Of a stretch of DNA of 64,000 nt, positions 38,543 through 51,906 are shown one piece after another. The first letter of the stretch is position 1. Every line of letters starts with the position of its first letter. Position numbers and translations under genes: made by a program. The stretch comes from Felis catus (lineage: Eukaryota), in assembly GCF_018350175.1 (NCBI RefSeq), contig NC_058368.1, positions 62,684,001 to 62,748,000 on the forward strand. Direction: 5' to 3'. Below the pieces are notes generated by a model. That model ran no database searches. It saw nothing but the letters and a program-made list of their open reading frames with translations, and had not been told where the DNA came from.

Positions 38543-39204
38543 AGGGCTCTTTCATTGATCTGCTTAAATGACAGGTAGAGAGGATTATTTTTGTTCTCTA
38601 TGAATGTATAAAGAAGAAAAATAGACCAATTGAGTGGAAATAAAGAAAATACCACAAGAGATTTATACTCTTATCAGTGGGATAAGGGATGAGCAAAACT
38701 CTTGCTTCTAGTAGATATAAGTTCAATGACTGCATGTGTTTAATCCAGAAGACAAGCCCAAACATTTTCGTATTTTATAGGACAATTCAATGACTAGACA
38801 CTCATTTTTGAAAATAGCCTTGCTTATTTGTGCTGAAAGGAACCATGCCACTTTATCCCACCCAACATTTGTCCTCTGAAATCTCAGAAGATAGACAAAA
38901 TTAAATTCTGGACTTACTGAAAATTTCACACAATAGAAAATCACTTCCTGCTTATTTGCCTATACACATTTTCTGTGTAAAGGCAAAACACTGCTTTATT
39001 TAGTGCTCTATACATTTGTTTGTATTTAGCCAACCTCAGAATTTGGTTTTGTAAAAGATGAATTGTTCTTCCAAAGTGATTATTTTTATTTCATTGCTCT
39101 ACTACATGCACACATGTAATAGGTATCTTCATATATTATACATATATGTATTCTGTAAAAATTTTCCAGTTCATGAACAAAATCTTTAATATATTTTCTC
39201 ATTT

Positions 39205-39350
39205 GTGGTCTAGAATAGCCCTGTGATTCATGTTATCATCTCTCTCTCAAAGTTGAGGAAACTAACATTCTAAGAGGTGAAATCTACTTGCTCAAATTCA
39301 AACCAATTGAAACAACTTCTGAATTACAGTCTCAGAACTTAAACCTCATC
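39205..39350 (-). mobile_element. MIR fragment
   Basis: AGTTGAGGAAACTAACATTCTAAGAGGTGAAATCTACTTGCTCAA is the reverse MIR core. Confidence 0.7.
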
Positions 39351-40199
39351 TTTTGAAAGAAAATCTCACTTTTTTTCACAAAAACACAGTACTTTCATTG
39401 CTTAAGTTTCTTAAAGTCCTTTCAGGTCAATCTTCCCTTAGATGAATAAATTAAATATTTTCTGATCTTTCTAGTTGTGTTACCAGTAGGTTCTGCTTAC
39501 ACAGATTAAATTTGGGTTTTTGATCTCCTGTAGCAGTTAAATGCCAATTAATATACAGCATCATCCAAGACAGAAATCCAGACTGGACTTAACCGAGAAC
39601 AGCTTTCTTGGAAGGGTTAATCATATTAGAATCCCTCCACGTAGGCTCTATTATAAAGCTTTTAGGTAAATAACCCAATGGTAAAGGAAGATGAGAATAG
39701 CATGTATATTGCATTTCAAGGTTTTACAAAGAGAAGAAATCTTCTTTCCAAAGAGTAATTGGTCACCAGAGATCCCAGGAATCAACTAACCTGTCCATTA
39801 ACCTACAGGGTAACTCAACCTGTAAACTAAAATATCTAATTTCTGACAACTTTAATGCTTGGGGTTGCGGATAAATGCATGGCTACTGAGCATAACACCA
39901 GAAATTGATTTTATTTTCCCTAAAGAAAGCACTACAAAGACTTTCTGTCTAGTAACTGTATTTATTTCATGCTCTAGGCCCTGATCTTACAGACAGCAAT
40001 TTCTCAATTTTTGTTTTTGTCAGTGTTTGTATTTCATTTTGGTTCTTAAATTTTAGATACAGAAAACAGAGTTAATCAAATTCTAAAGCTATATGCACTA
40101 TCATCAGAATTTGTGCTGGGCTCCTCTCATTTTATTTAATTACTACTGCAAATCCCTATTTTTACTCCCATTTGTTTATATACATATTAATTTAAGAAA

Positions 40200-41200
40200 A
40201 TATTACTCTGCTTTGACTTCATTTTGGTTTTTTGCTTATTTTTACCCAAGACTCTGCATTTTAAAATCCATTCATGTTTTCTGTGTATATGTAACAAATG
40301 GCATCTAATTGCTTTGTAGTACTTTTTTATGGGCTTCCACCATTTTTTACCTGTTCACCATCTGTCAAAAAATCTAACAATCTCTATGGGATACTGCAGC
40401 CATTTGGAGGGCCTGCCAAGTGTGCCATAGATTTGTCCCGGCAAAGAGAAGACACAGTAGGCCCAAATAGGCACAGCATAAGCAAAATCAGCCGTGTGTC
40501 TGTTATTTCTGGCCCATAGGTGTCACTGAACTAGAGGGACCAGATGCTAGACGACAAGCAGTGGGTCACTCAGTCATGGAGGATCAAATTCTTGACTATT
40601 GTTAGGTGATTTTATGGTCTGTAGATGCACCTGATGGGCAATGGCAAGGGAGTATACTCTATCCATTACTAGAACCAGCGTGATGCATAAGAAACTGCTT
40701 TCTGCAAAATAAGGCATCTCTCTGGCACACACAAGGGCCTTGCGGCAATTGCTTGCAACTGCCTACCTCTGCATGTTCCAGGGAAGACCAAAGGACACTC
40801 TGTGGTGGTTAAGCTTGTGAACATCATCTATGTGAGATATGCAAGCTTCCCATTCTACCCCACCCCACTGATGGACACCCAGCTTGCCTACAACTCCCCA
40901 CATCCCTGCTCAGTTCTCTTCTTAGACATATGTGAGACTCTCACTGGGAAAAGTCAAAAATATGTAAACACTTAATTTGAGTGAGTTTGCATCAAGTTGC
41001 TCTGCAGCATGCCTGTAGTAGTTTGTATGCTCAGCATCCATGTTTAAAATGTTTACATTTTACTAACACCTAGCATTGTCTAGATTTCCAATTATGAACA
41101 GTTTAACAGGTGTACAGTGACAATTTTCATGCCATTAATTACTAATGAGTTTGTGTGTCTCTTCACATGCTTGTTACCCTGTCTGTCCCTAAAGACTCCA
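40200..41200 (-). mobile_element. Ancient L1 (L1ME-like) antisense remnant, interrupted at about 40365-40850
   Basis: ATCCATTCATGTT..; CTGATGGACACCCAG..; AACACCTAGCATTGTC..; ATTACTAATGAGTTTG..CTTCACATGCTTGTT. Confidence 0.55.
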
Positions 41201-42149
41201 TTTTGTTCTGTTGAGTTATCTATCTTTTCTTATGCCAATACAACACATTTTTTTCCTAGGGCTTTGTTTTAGCTTTCAATAGTGTTAATTTTCTTTCTTT
41301 TCCCCTCTTCTCTGAGGCTGAACTTCCTCTTGAAAAATACTTGTCTCAGATTCTACTTCTAACCCTTCACTCTGCAGGTACTTCAAACTGGTCTAAGAAA
41401 CAGAAGGGGCAAATGTCAGAGTGCTGTATTCCATTTCTTACTCATCATTCACTAATGAGATGGTAAATACTTGACATCTCAAAAGTGCCAAGTCTAATAT
41501 GATGCTCCCTAATATTCCCCATTTCAAACATGGTCAATCTATAGTACTTATATTAGTAAATGACTGTTCCATTAATACAATTCTTGAGGCAATGAACTTT
41601 GGAGTTGTCTCAGTCTTTCCCCCTTTCTCTTACTACATGTAATTGTTTCATCAGCAAATCCTATCAATTATATGTTCTATAAGGTGTACAGCCGATTCTG
41701 GACAACCCATTGTGACCAATGGTCTCTTACATTTTAACGTTACTTATGATATCAGATACATATTTTCCTAATAACTTATTTTACTTTCTTTCATTTTTGT
41801 TCTTTGTTTAAGTTATCACTATTCTACACTAAACAGAAGATAATACATTATACTTAATGGAGAAAGATTAGAAATATTATCTTCAAAATCAGGAATAAGA
41901 TATCAATGATTACAACCATTTAATCAATGATTAAAACCATTGTGGTTTTAGTCAATGCTCTCAGGGGAAAAATAGCTGTAAGTATTAAAAGAAAAGAAAA
42001 AATTATCATTACTTGTAGATGTTATGACTACCTTATTCAGAAAAACAGCAGGATTTATATGATTAATGCATAGTAGTAACAAGAATTAAAAGGAGAAGTC
42101 CTGCTGCAGATTTAAGTTAGGGACTTTTTTTTTTTTTTAATGAAGTTAC

Positions 42150-42540
42150 TTCAATCATGGAACTGGATGTTCACAAAGGGAATGATGTGAATATAAAAAA
42201 AGAAATCCAAGACCGAGCCCTGAGGCACTCAAACATTTAGAAGCTGAGAACATTATAAAGAACAGTGAAAGGAGGCTAAAAACAAGTGCAGAAAAGGGAG
42301 AAAATAGCTTGAATGTGGTCCTAGAAATAACAAAAAATAAAGTCTTCCAAGGGGAAGAAATTGATCAAATATGTCATTGTTACTGCTAAGTCAAAGAAAA
42401 TGGAAACTGAGGGTGGACACCAGATGATCTTTTATATCATTGGTGACCTTGAGAAGAGTCATTTTGGTTAATAGTGGCAGAAAAAAAAAACTAACTTAAG
42501 TAATTATGAGGAATAGGAGAATTATAGACGTAAGCATAAT
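42150..42540 (-). mobile_element. L2 fragment
   Basis: CCAAGACCGAGCCCTGAGGCACTCAAACATTTAGAAG..TCATTGGTGACCTTGAGAAGAG, typical L2a reverse motifs. Confidence 0.75.
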
Positions 42541-42640
42541 ATCCGCTTCGATAAGCTTTCTTTGTTTTTAGGATGATATAAAGGACACCTTATTTATTTG
42601 CTCATAAAAATAATGTAGTAAAGAGAAAAAGACAATTTTC

Positions 42641-42840
42641 TAATGTTTATTTTTGAAAGAGAGAGAGACACAGAGTGAGCAGGGGAGGGGCAGTGAAAGA
42701 GGGAGACACAGAATCTGAAGGAGGCTCCAGGCTCTGAACTGTCAGCACAGAGCCCAATGCAGGGTTCGAACTCATGAACTGCAAGATCATGACCTGAACC
42801 AAAATCGGATGCCTAACCAACTGAGCCACACCAACACCCC
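42641..42840 (-). mobile_element. Can-SINE (SINEC_Fc-like)
   Basis: Full body; GACAATTTTC repeated on both flanks. Confidence 0.95.
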
Positions 42841-42889
42841 AGGAAAGGACAATTTTCATAGGCAGAAGATATTAAAGAGAAATACTGGA

Positions 42890-43118
42890 GAGAGAGAGAG
42901 GCAAACCATAAGAGACTCTTAAATACAGAGAACAAACTGAGGGTTGCTGGAGAGGGTTGGGTGGGGGAATGGGTTAAATGGGTGATGGGCATTAAGGAGG
43001 GCACTCTTCCAGGTGACCACTGGGTGTCATATGTAAGAGATGAATCACTGAGTTCTACTCCTGAAGCCCAGACTACACTGTATATTACTAACTTGATTCT
43101 AAATAAAAAGAAAAAAAA
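42890..43118 (+). mobile_element. Severely 5'-truncated carnivore L1 (3'UTR and poly-A only)
   Basis: GGCAAACCATAAGAGACTCTTAAATACAGAGAACAAACTGAGGGTTG..; poly-A; TSD AGAAATACTGGA at 42878-42889 and 43119-43130. Confidence 0.93.
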
Positions 43119-43139
43119 AGAAATACTGGATATAGGTAC

Positions 43140-43719
43140 TTATTGCACATTGGTGTCTCTGAGAAACAGACACCAAAATATGTATTTTCATTCATATTTA
43201 TATTGTATTTTTTGGGGAGTGTTCTGAGGATGAGGTCCTGCGGGCAGGGTGGGCTTCGTGGGAAGGTGACCTGTGTGCAATTGTACAGAGCCTCATGCTC
43301 AGAAGGGCCCCGCTCTTAATTTTATGCTCTACTCTCACCATTTGGAATTGTTAATCATTTTTGAACAAAGGGCTCTACAATTTCAAATTGCACTGGGCTC
43401 TGAAAATTACATTGCCAACCCTGTCTGTAAGAGCGCAAAAGATGCAGGACTGGACAAGGCCAGTCCAACAAGGACCTCTCAATCTGTGCTAAATTCGAGT
43501 GAGGGAGCAACAATTTTATACCCTTTACTCACCAGTCACTGGAAGCTGGCTGTCCTGGAAAGAGGGTACAGCTTTGGGTAAGACAGCTCTCTTCAGCAGA
43601 GCCTAAACACTGGACAGAAACAGATAAGGGAAGTCAGCCACCAAAATTACAAGCGACTAATGAAAAAGTGCTTCAACTTCAGAAAGAAATCACGGCACGA
43701 AGCAATGAAACCTACTACA
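43140..43719 (-). mobile_element. LTR16A/C-like ERVL solo LTR
   Basis: GAGAAACAGACAC..GGGGAGTGTTCT..TTTATACCC..CCAGTCACTGGA..TTGGGTAAGACAGCTCTCTTCAGC..CTACTACA. Confidence 0.65.
43245..43423 (+). mobile_element. MER45A-like hAT-Tip100 MITE
   Basis: CAGGGTGGGCTTCGTGGG..GCTCAGAAGGGCCCCGC..TTTTGAACAAAGGG..TTGCACTGGGC..GCCAACCCTG; CAGGG/CCCTG TIRs; about 180 bp. Confidence 0.88.
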
Positions 43720-45480
43720 GTATTTGAGGAGGAGAAGGGGGATGTAATGCACAAGGTCACCCTGAATTGGAGTACACAGACTTAATTATTATAATAGGAG
43801 AGACATCAATGATATATGCTAGTAAGTGGGTAGAACTGGAGGTGGCAGTTTATGGAATTTTTTTTTTCCTGATTGCTTCACTGTATTCAATGAAATGCCA
43901 AGCCAAGTCATCAATTGAGAGTAGGGTAGTGAGTTAGATTTGCAGTTTAAGAGAGATAGCATGAAGAAATATGCTAGATCACTCCTAAAAGTCCAGTATT
44001 ACTCTAACAAAATTTCTCAAAACAGGATTAGAACTACTGGGTTGATGTTTTGTGGGATGAAGAAGTAAAGAAAACAATTAAAAAATTCTAAGAAGGAAGT
44101 CTAAAGTTTAAGAAATGTATGGGTTTTCATACTGAAAAGGTCTGTGGAGTTAAAAACATGACTTAAAAAAAAACCTCCTTATAGACACATGCTTGTAAAA
44201 TGTCTGTGCTTTAAGAATAAGATAAAAATCATAAAAACATGGAGGGAGAAAGGAAAGAGATTACCTACAAAGAGACTGTGAACAGATGGCATGCACCTTC
44301 TAATTAGCATCATGAAACTCTAAAAGATGTCAGACAAGTGCTTCAAATATCTGAAGGGACATCTTTAGAAACTGGAATTACATGTTCAGAAATATTTTTA
44401 TCAGTGAAAGAAAATAAATACACTTTCAAATATTCAATTACTAAGATCTTTTTCTTCCATGCAATTTGCTGTGAAAGTTGCTTGAGAAAAAGCTGCAATA
44501 AATAGAGAGGTCTCAGAATGAGGAAGTCCTGGGGCTCACGAAACAGAGACTCTAAGCCCAGAGAACATCTCAGGCTGGCAGAGCTAAAAGAAGCCTGGGC
44601 AACAAGTGCTCTATTTTGGGGAGTAGTCAAAAGAATTCTAGGAGAAATATTCCTTGGGATAAATGTTGATTGATGGTTATTTTTGGAAGCCTGAATAATT
44701 ATAAATAATGTGAAAATTCACTATTCTTCTATTATTAAAGGGAAAAGAGAAAATAAGACAAAGTCAAAACAAAAAACAATTATCTACCAGAATTATAGGT
44801 TTCAAATATGAAACAAATCATTTTGGAACACAATTTGAGCACTGAAGATCAAGTAAATCCATGTGACTTTGATGGCATGCACCATCTTCATGAGAGGCAC
44901 AATTATCTTAATTCTAATATCCAGGTAAAGCAGAGGAGGAAATGGAATCATAAAACATTTGATTTTACAGCAATAAATGAATAAATACAAAATAAATTAC
45001 ATAGTTTCAAACTCTGTTTAAAACAAAGATTTACAATTTTAGAACCAAGCAATGATAAAAAAATAAAAATGTAACTAGAATTACCAATGAGAATATCAAC
45101 ATAGATGCATCTTGATAATGTAAAAGTAATGGTGTAGCTGCCCATCAGGAGGCACAAAACAGTAGGAGAGTTGGAAGAAGGGACTGGAATATGAATACTT
45201 CTACAGTGGTGCTTCAGAAGACAGATAAAGGAAATGAAAAATCAAAAATAACATAACAAATAACTGCATGGATGGCAAAGTGAATATTGAGACAAAAGGA
45301 AGATAAGTAAAAAGGTTTAACTTTCATCTAGAATTGGAAAAATCAATGAATAAAGATACCAATAGCTTATTCAGAAATATCTCAGCAATAAGAAATAAAA
45401 ATCCATTCTGAATAATGATAACTGGTAAAGAAGATGAGGAGTGGAGATCTTCTCTATGGAAGACATTTATAATATTTGCT

Positions 45481-45721
45481 TATATTTTTTTTCATAAAAT
45501 GCTTTTTAAATTTATTTATTTACTTATTTATTTATTTATTTATTTAGAGAGTGAGACAGAGTGGAGCAGGGGAGGGGAAGCGAGAGGGAGACAGAATCTG
45601 AAGCAGATCCCAGGCTCTGAGCTGTGGGCACAGAGCCTGATGTGGGGCTCAAACTCAGGAACCAAGATCATGACCTGAGCTGAAGTCGGATGCTTAACCG
45701 ACTGAGTCACCCAGGTGCCCC
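45481..45721 (-). mobile_element. Can-SINE
   Basis: (TTTA)n tail, body, CACCCAGGTGCCCC head. Confidence 0.94.
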
Positions 45722-45749
45722 TATAATATGGTGCTTTAATTTAAAAAAA

Positions 45750-47040
45750 CAGAGTGGAATTGCTGAACTGTATGTTCAATTCATGTTTAGCTGTTTAAGA
45801 GGCTGACAAACTATTTTCCAATATTTGGTACCATTTTACATTCCCACCAGCAACGGCCATTTCCATTTCTCTACATCATTACCAATACTTGTTACTGTCC
45901 ATCTTTTTGATTAGCCATTCTACCAGGTATGAAGTGAAATCTCATTGTGGTTTTAATTTGCATTTTCCTAATCACTAATGATATTGAGTATGTTCTCACA
46001 TGCATATTGGCCATTTGAATATTTTCCTTAATGATATGTCTATACAAATGTTTTGCCAAATGCTTCATTGGGATGTTTTTTTTTTATTACAGAGTTATAA
46101 GAGTTCTATATATATTAATACAAGTTCTCTATCAGTTATATAATCTGCAAATATTTGCTCCCAATCTGTTGTTTGTCACTTCACTTTCTTATTGGTGTCT
46201 TTTGAAGTACAAAGGTTTTAATATTGAGATAGTACAATTTATCTTTTTTTTTTTTTCCTGTATTGGACTCTGGTGTTGTAGTTAAGAACTCTTTGTTACC
46301 CCTGGTCACAAAGGTTTTATTCTAAATTTTCTTCCAGAAGTTTTATAGTTTGGATCATATATTTAATTCTAGGATCCATTTTGAATTCCTTTTTTGGATG
46401 TGAGACCAAGGTCTTAGTTCACTTCTTTGCATATGCATATCCAGTCCTCCCAACATCATTTGCAAAACAATAACAGCAACAACAAACACAAACCACCTAT
46501 CCCTTTGCCACCAGATTGTCTTGGCACCATTGTCAAATGTAAGGAATAATTTCCGAATTGTCAATTCTCTTTCACTGGCTACACATCTATCTTTGGAGAA
46601 ACACTATATTATGTTGCTACTGTAGCTTCATAGTAAATTTTGAAATTGGGTAATATAGATCATTTAACTTTGTTCATGTTTTTCAAAATAATTTGGGGTA
46701 TTTTTAGTCATTGGAATTACTATATACATTTTAAGAGAGGCTTGACAATTTTTACGAAAATTCTGCTGGAATTTTCAGAAAGAATGTGTTGAATCTATAG
46801 ATCAATTTGGGAATTGCCATTTTTATAATAATGAGTTTTCCAATCCATAAAGGTGATTTCCTCTGTGACCTTGCTTTACTCAGTTATTAGTTTTAGTAGG
46901 TGTGTGTGTGTGTATGTTCCTTTGGAATTTTCTAACAACCAGATCATGTCATTTGCAAATAAAGCTTTATCCTTCCTCTCCAAACTAGATAACTAGAAGT
47001 CTTTATTTATTTGGCTTAAAACTTCCGGTAAAATTTCTAA
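45750..47040 (-). mobile_element. Old L1 ORF2 fragment, antisense
   Basis: CCATTTTACATTCCCACCAGCAA; ATCTCATTGTGGTTTTAATTTGCATTT; GATCATGTCATTTGCAAATA (RT FA-D motif on minus). Confidence 0.85.
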
Positions 47041-49471
47041 TTAATCATATTTCACTCTATTATTTGAACTATCATGAGAACACATCCTGCCCTCAAGTAT
47101 TAAATCCCCTGTCATATTTACCAAAATGTGAATATTTCATCATATGCATGGCTGATGAAGTTACTGCTGAACTGATATCTGCCTTGGTCCAGAAATCACA
47201 TGTTAAATTCAAAGTCACATAAACATATAGATATTAACATCTTATCAATTACATGTCATCCCCAACTCACATATATCTGAGATATCCAATTTATATATTT
47301 TAATTGACATGTAAACTTCCATTCACCTTGCAATTATGTAATAATTTCTATTTTTATTGTTATGCAATAACAGAAAGGGAGAGTCCCAAAATGCTTAACA
47401 AAAGTACTAAGTATGTCATTTTTTGACAGGAGCTTCCTATGTAGCCTCATTTGCCACTGTACAGTCATTGCCTCCATACAAACTTTTTATCCAATCATGA
47501 ACAAGTATCCCTTTGTAAAATTTGCATCCATATAGTTTTCCATGTTTGCACATATACAAAAACTCTATTTTCTTTAAATAATTGTTAAATATGAATTTCC
47601 ACATACTATTTCATAATGTAGATATATCCATAAATACTTGACTATTTCAGCCATCCCTTTAATCATAAGCATTAAGGTTATTTCCAACTTCTAATTGCTA
47701 TTATGCAAATTCTACAGCAATGACATTCTCATACAGGTCTCTTTTGCACACAAACACTTCTATTTCCAGAGTGTGTTATAAGGGCATTACCAGGTTATGC
47801 ACACACACACTTTGTAAACACTTTCTAAATATTTAGTTAGATACACACACACACACACACACATAAACTTTAGCAAGTATTTGTGTATCTGTGTTTAAAA
47901 CTTTAGAATGAAATCTGAAAAGATTTTGATCTAGCATCAAAATAATAAATGTGATTATCTCTGGGTAAGTAGGCAAGGGATCCTATTAGGGATGGAAATC
48001 AAAGGAATTTTAGCCTTTTCTAACATATATTTATAGTCTACATTCAAATTTGTTATTGTGAAAATGGCTTAAAAACATAAAAAGTATAAAAATGTGTGTT
48101 TAGGCATCTATAATCATAAAGGAAAACAAAAAACCTGTTTAAGAAAATTTCTGGTACTATAGTTACCTGGAACATATTAGACTTGCTAGACTTGAGAGAA
48201 AGAGAACTGACCAATCATGACTAAATGGTGTCCACCAGAAATATTCACTAATTTTCCTGTTTCTGGAAGTGTTTCTCATCCCTGCAGCAATTTTCTTGTG
48301 TTCATGAAGTTGGTCATAACACTGACCTGTAACAGTTTGTGTGTGACTAGACCACTTTGTTGTGGGGAATGAGTTTAATATTCATGAAGCCTTTATTACA
48401 TGGCACTGGTTTAAAGGTACAACATTGGCAACAAAAGATGATATAGAACCAAACTCAGACACAAAGCAGTGCATATCTTTAACCTCGATATAAACAACAA
48501 GAATTTCATTAAGCCAACTGCCTAGTCTTTTCAGATAGTTGAATATAAATGTGGACCTTGTAAAGAAATGCATATTAATACTGTTATAAAAGAATGTATA
48601 GTTCGATAACTAGAGTTATTAGGCTATTTATTTCAAGGAACATTATACATCTAGGAAATGAGAGTTTTGTCCTCAACTGTTGTCTTTCTGGACGAGTGCT
48701 TGGCTACAGATTACTGCCAACTACACATGTAATGGAGTACATTTGCAGTTACTACAGGATTAAGATTTGTCATTACAAGTTATGAATGACCAATTTCCCT
48801 TCACAATTGTTTAGTAATTATTGTCAAAACGGAACATCAGCACAACCACTTAAACACATTGTGTATATATATTTTTTTTCCTTTTCACAGAAAACAAATG
48901 ATCTCTAAAATCAGCTATTACCATGGCTAATGAACACTTTGTCACAACATAAAGATCGCCTGAATTTCCCTCTGGACCAATCTCATTAAGTCCAAAACAT
49001 AACATAATTTAAATATCTGATTTGTGATGCACCAGCACTGCTTTCTGCATGGAAGGCCTGTCAGAAGACAGTTAAGGACAGAAAATTGGTCGCTTAATTT
49101 CACGACTTCCCTCACTCTGTACTCTCTGTATTTACCAAGTTACTGAATGCTGTCCATTATTTTCTCCTTGCCCATCTTCCCCATTTCTGCTTTTAGTATC
49201 ATCACCCATGCCTTAATTTTTCTTGAGTGCAAACAGCCTTTTGGTTTTTCTCTTATGCTTAGTCTTCCTTTACCCAGTTACAAATGTGCTACCTAGGGAA
49301 AATCATTTAAAACACAAAATTTTTCTAAGTTGAAAGACATTTAAGTTAATGTCTTTTCATTAGTGTCTTCCCACTGATTTGTGGATAGTATTGTCAAACT
49401 AGATACATAATTCAGGATATCTGTTGATTCATGCAATCAATATTTATGAAGTATCCTTCCTAGCTAATTCC

Positions 49472-49512
<41 letters not shown>
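49472..49512. repeat. (CT)n(AT)n compound microsatellite
   Basis: Seen directly. Confidence 0.93.
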
Positions 49513-49523
<11 letters not shown>

Positions 49524-49723
49524 TTAAGTTTATTTATTTCAAGAGAGACAGAGACAGCACAAGTGGAGGAGGGGCAGGGAGAGAGGGAGACAGCAAATCC
49601 CAAGCAGGATCCACACTGTCAGTGCAGAACCCAACATGGGACTCAAACCCACAAAACCATGAGATCATGACCTGAGCCAAAATCAAAAGTCTGATGCGTA
49701 ACTGACTGAACCACCCAGGCGCC
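49513..49723 (-). mobile_element. Can-SINE
   Basis: Body and head CCACCCAGGCGCC; CTCTCTCTATAT on both flanks. Confidence 0.94.
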
Positions 49724-51469
49724 TCTCTCTATATGTTTAACCCATAGTTTACTGTTGTGTTTACATATTATAGTCAATAGGTGGCCTGCTTAGAACAAAA
49801 CACATTTATTCAGAGCTAAGATCTGAATCTGATCTAGTCTTGATTGCTCCACTCTGAGCTTCAGAATCTTCACTTCAGAGACCCAGAAATCTTCATCAGT
49901 CTCCATGTCTATAGCTATGGATATTTTATGGCTCTGTGTCACTACATAGACTCATGTAAGTGTTTGAAGTGCAGCTCTGGGTCAATCATGGCAAAGCTGT
50001 TTGCTCTGTCTTCTTTTGACTGCTTGGGTAGTGCCATCTTCTTTCTCCATCTCTGCTGTGTGGCAGACCCAATTCTTCCACCATAATGAGTGAGAAGTTA
50101 GAGGGAGTGGATGGTTCTTCTTAACTGTCCTTCAAACTCTTGGATTACTTTATTTTGTAATTAACTTTAAAAAATTTAGAAAAATTTATAGATTTACAGA
50201 GTTACTGTGAAGGTAGTGCAGAGAGTCTTCATATATTCAACATCCATTAAGCTCAATTATCAGCTTCCTGTGTTAGGATAGTAAATTTAATTAGGATGTT
50301 TGTGTTAGTATTGTTTGGGGTTTTTTACAAATTCTTTGAATCTTATGGATACATATCCTTTATTAGACATCTATCTCATAATATTTTCTTGCAGTTTGTG
50401 GCTTGTTTTTCGATTCTCTTAATGGCACATTTTACAGAGCAGAAGTTTAAAATTTTAATAAAATCCAGGCTATCAATGTTTCCTTCATGGATTATGCTGT
50501 TGGAATTATGACCAAACTCAAGGTAATGTAGATTGTTTCCTATTTTTTAAAGAATTTTCATAAATGTGAATTTTACATCTAGGTCTATAATCCATTTTGA
50601 GTTAGTATTTTTGAAAGATCTAAAGTCTGTGCCAAGATTTTTTTTTTTCATACAGATATCTGCTTGTTCAGCACCGTTTAGGAAGAATCAACATCTTAAC
50701 AATAGTGAGTCTTCCAATGGATGAAGAATATCTCCTGATTTATTTAGATCTTCTTTGGTAATTTTCCATCAGTGTTTTACAGCTTTTCATGTACAGATCC
50801 TACACATATCTTGTGAGATCAATACTTAACTGTCATTTTTAAGGCTGCTATTTTAATGAAGTATTTTTTTTTCAAATCTCAATTAGTTATTGCCGGTATA
50901 TAGGAAAACAGTTGATTTTGTACATTAACTCTGTATTCTGCAATCTATTATTTATAGAGCTTTTGTTGTTGTTTATTCTCTTTGATTTTCTAGATAGGCA
51001 ATTATGTGATCTGCAAATAGGGATAATTTTATTTTTTTCTTTCCTAATCTGTATACCTCCATTTCCTTTTTATGTTGTTGCCCTATTGTACCAGCTAAGA
51101 ATTCCAGTAGGATATCTGGTAGAAGCGATGAGATTGGACATACTTGAATTGTTTCTGATATAAGGAGAAATTGTCTATCTCTCACAATTACCTATGAAGT
51201 TAGCTATAGTTTTGTTTTGTTTTTAGCTGTTCTTTGGCAAATTGAGGGAGTTCCCTTTCTTTCCTAGTTTGAGGAAAATTTTAAGCATGAATGGATATTA
51301 GGTTTTGTCAAATGCTTTTTCTGTGTTCATTGATGTGATCAGTAGATTCTTCTTTAGTCTTTGCATGTGGTTGATTACATTGATTGATTTTTGAATGTTG
51401 AATCAGCCTTGAATACTTGGAATAAAATCCTTCTTCATTGTGTATACTTCTCTTTATACATTTTTATTT

Positions 51470-51688
51470 CTTTTTTAATTTTTTTTATGTTTACTTATTT
51501 TTGAGAGAGAGGGAGACAGAGCATGAGCTCAGGAGGGGCACAGAGAGAGGGAGACACAGAATCTGAAGCAGGATCCAGGCTCTGAGCTGTCAGCACAGAG
51601 CTGGACACAGGGCTCAAACTCACGAACCATGAGATCTTGACCTGAGCTGAAGCCGGATGCTCAACATACTGAGGCACCCAGGCACCCC
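51470..51688 (-). mobile_element. Can-SINE (younger, in the tail of the neighbouring SINE)
   Basis: SINEC_Fc-like body; TSD CATTTTTATTT at 51459-51469 and 51689-51699. Confidence 0.94.
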
Positions 51689-51699
51689 CATTTTTATTT

Positions 51700-51906
51700 G
51701 TATTATAAGTTTATTTACTTATTTTGAAAGAAAGAGAGAGAGAGAGAGCATGTACGAGAGCAGTGGAGGGACAGAGAGAGAAGGAGAAAGAGAATCCCAA
51801 GCAGGTCCCATGCTGTCAGCATAGAGTCTGATGTGGGGCTTATGAACTGTGAGATCATGACCAGAGCAGAAATCAAGATTCAGATGCTGAAGCCACCTAG
51901 CAGCCC
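51700..51906 (-). mobile_element. Can-SINE (older)
   Basis: Body motifs; outer TSD TCTTTATACATTTTTA at 51451-51466 and 51908-51923. Confidence 0.92.
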
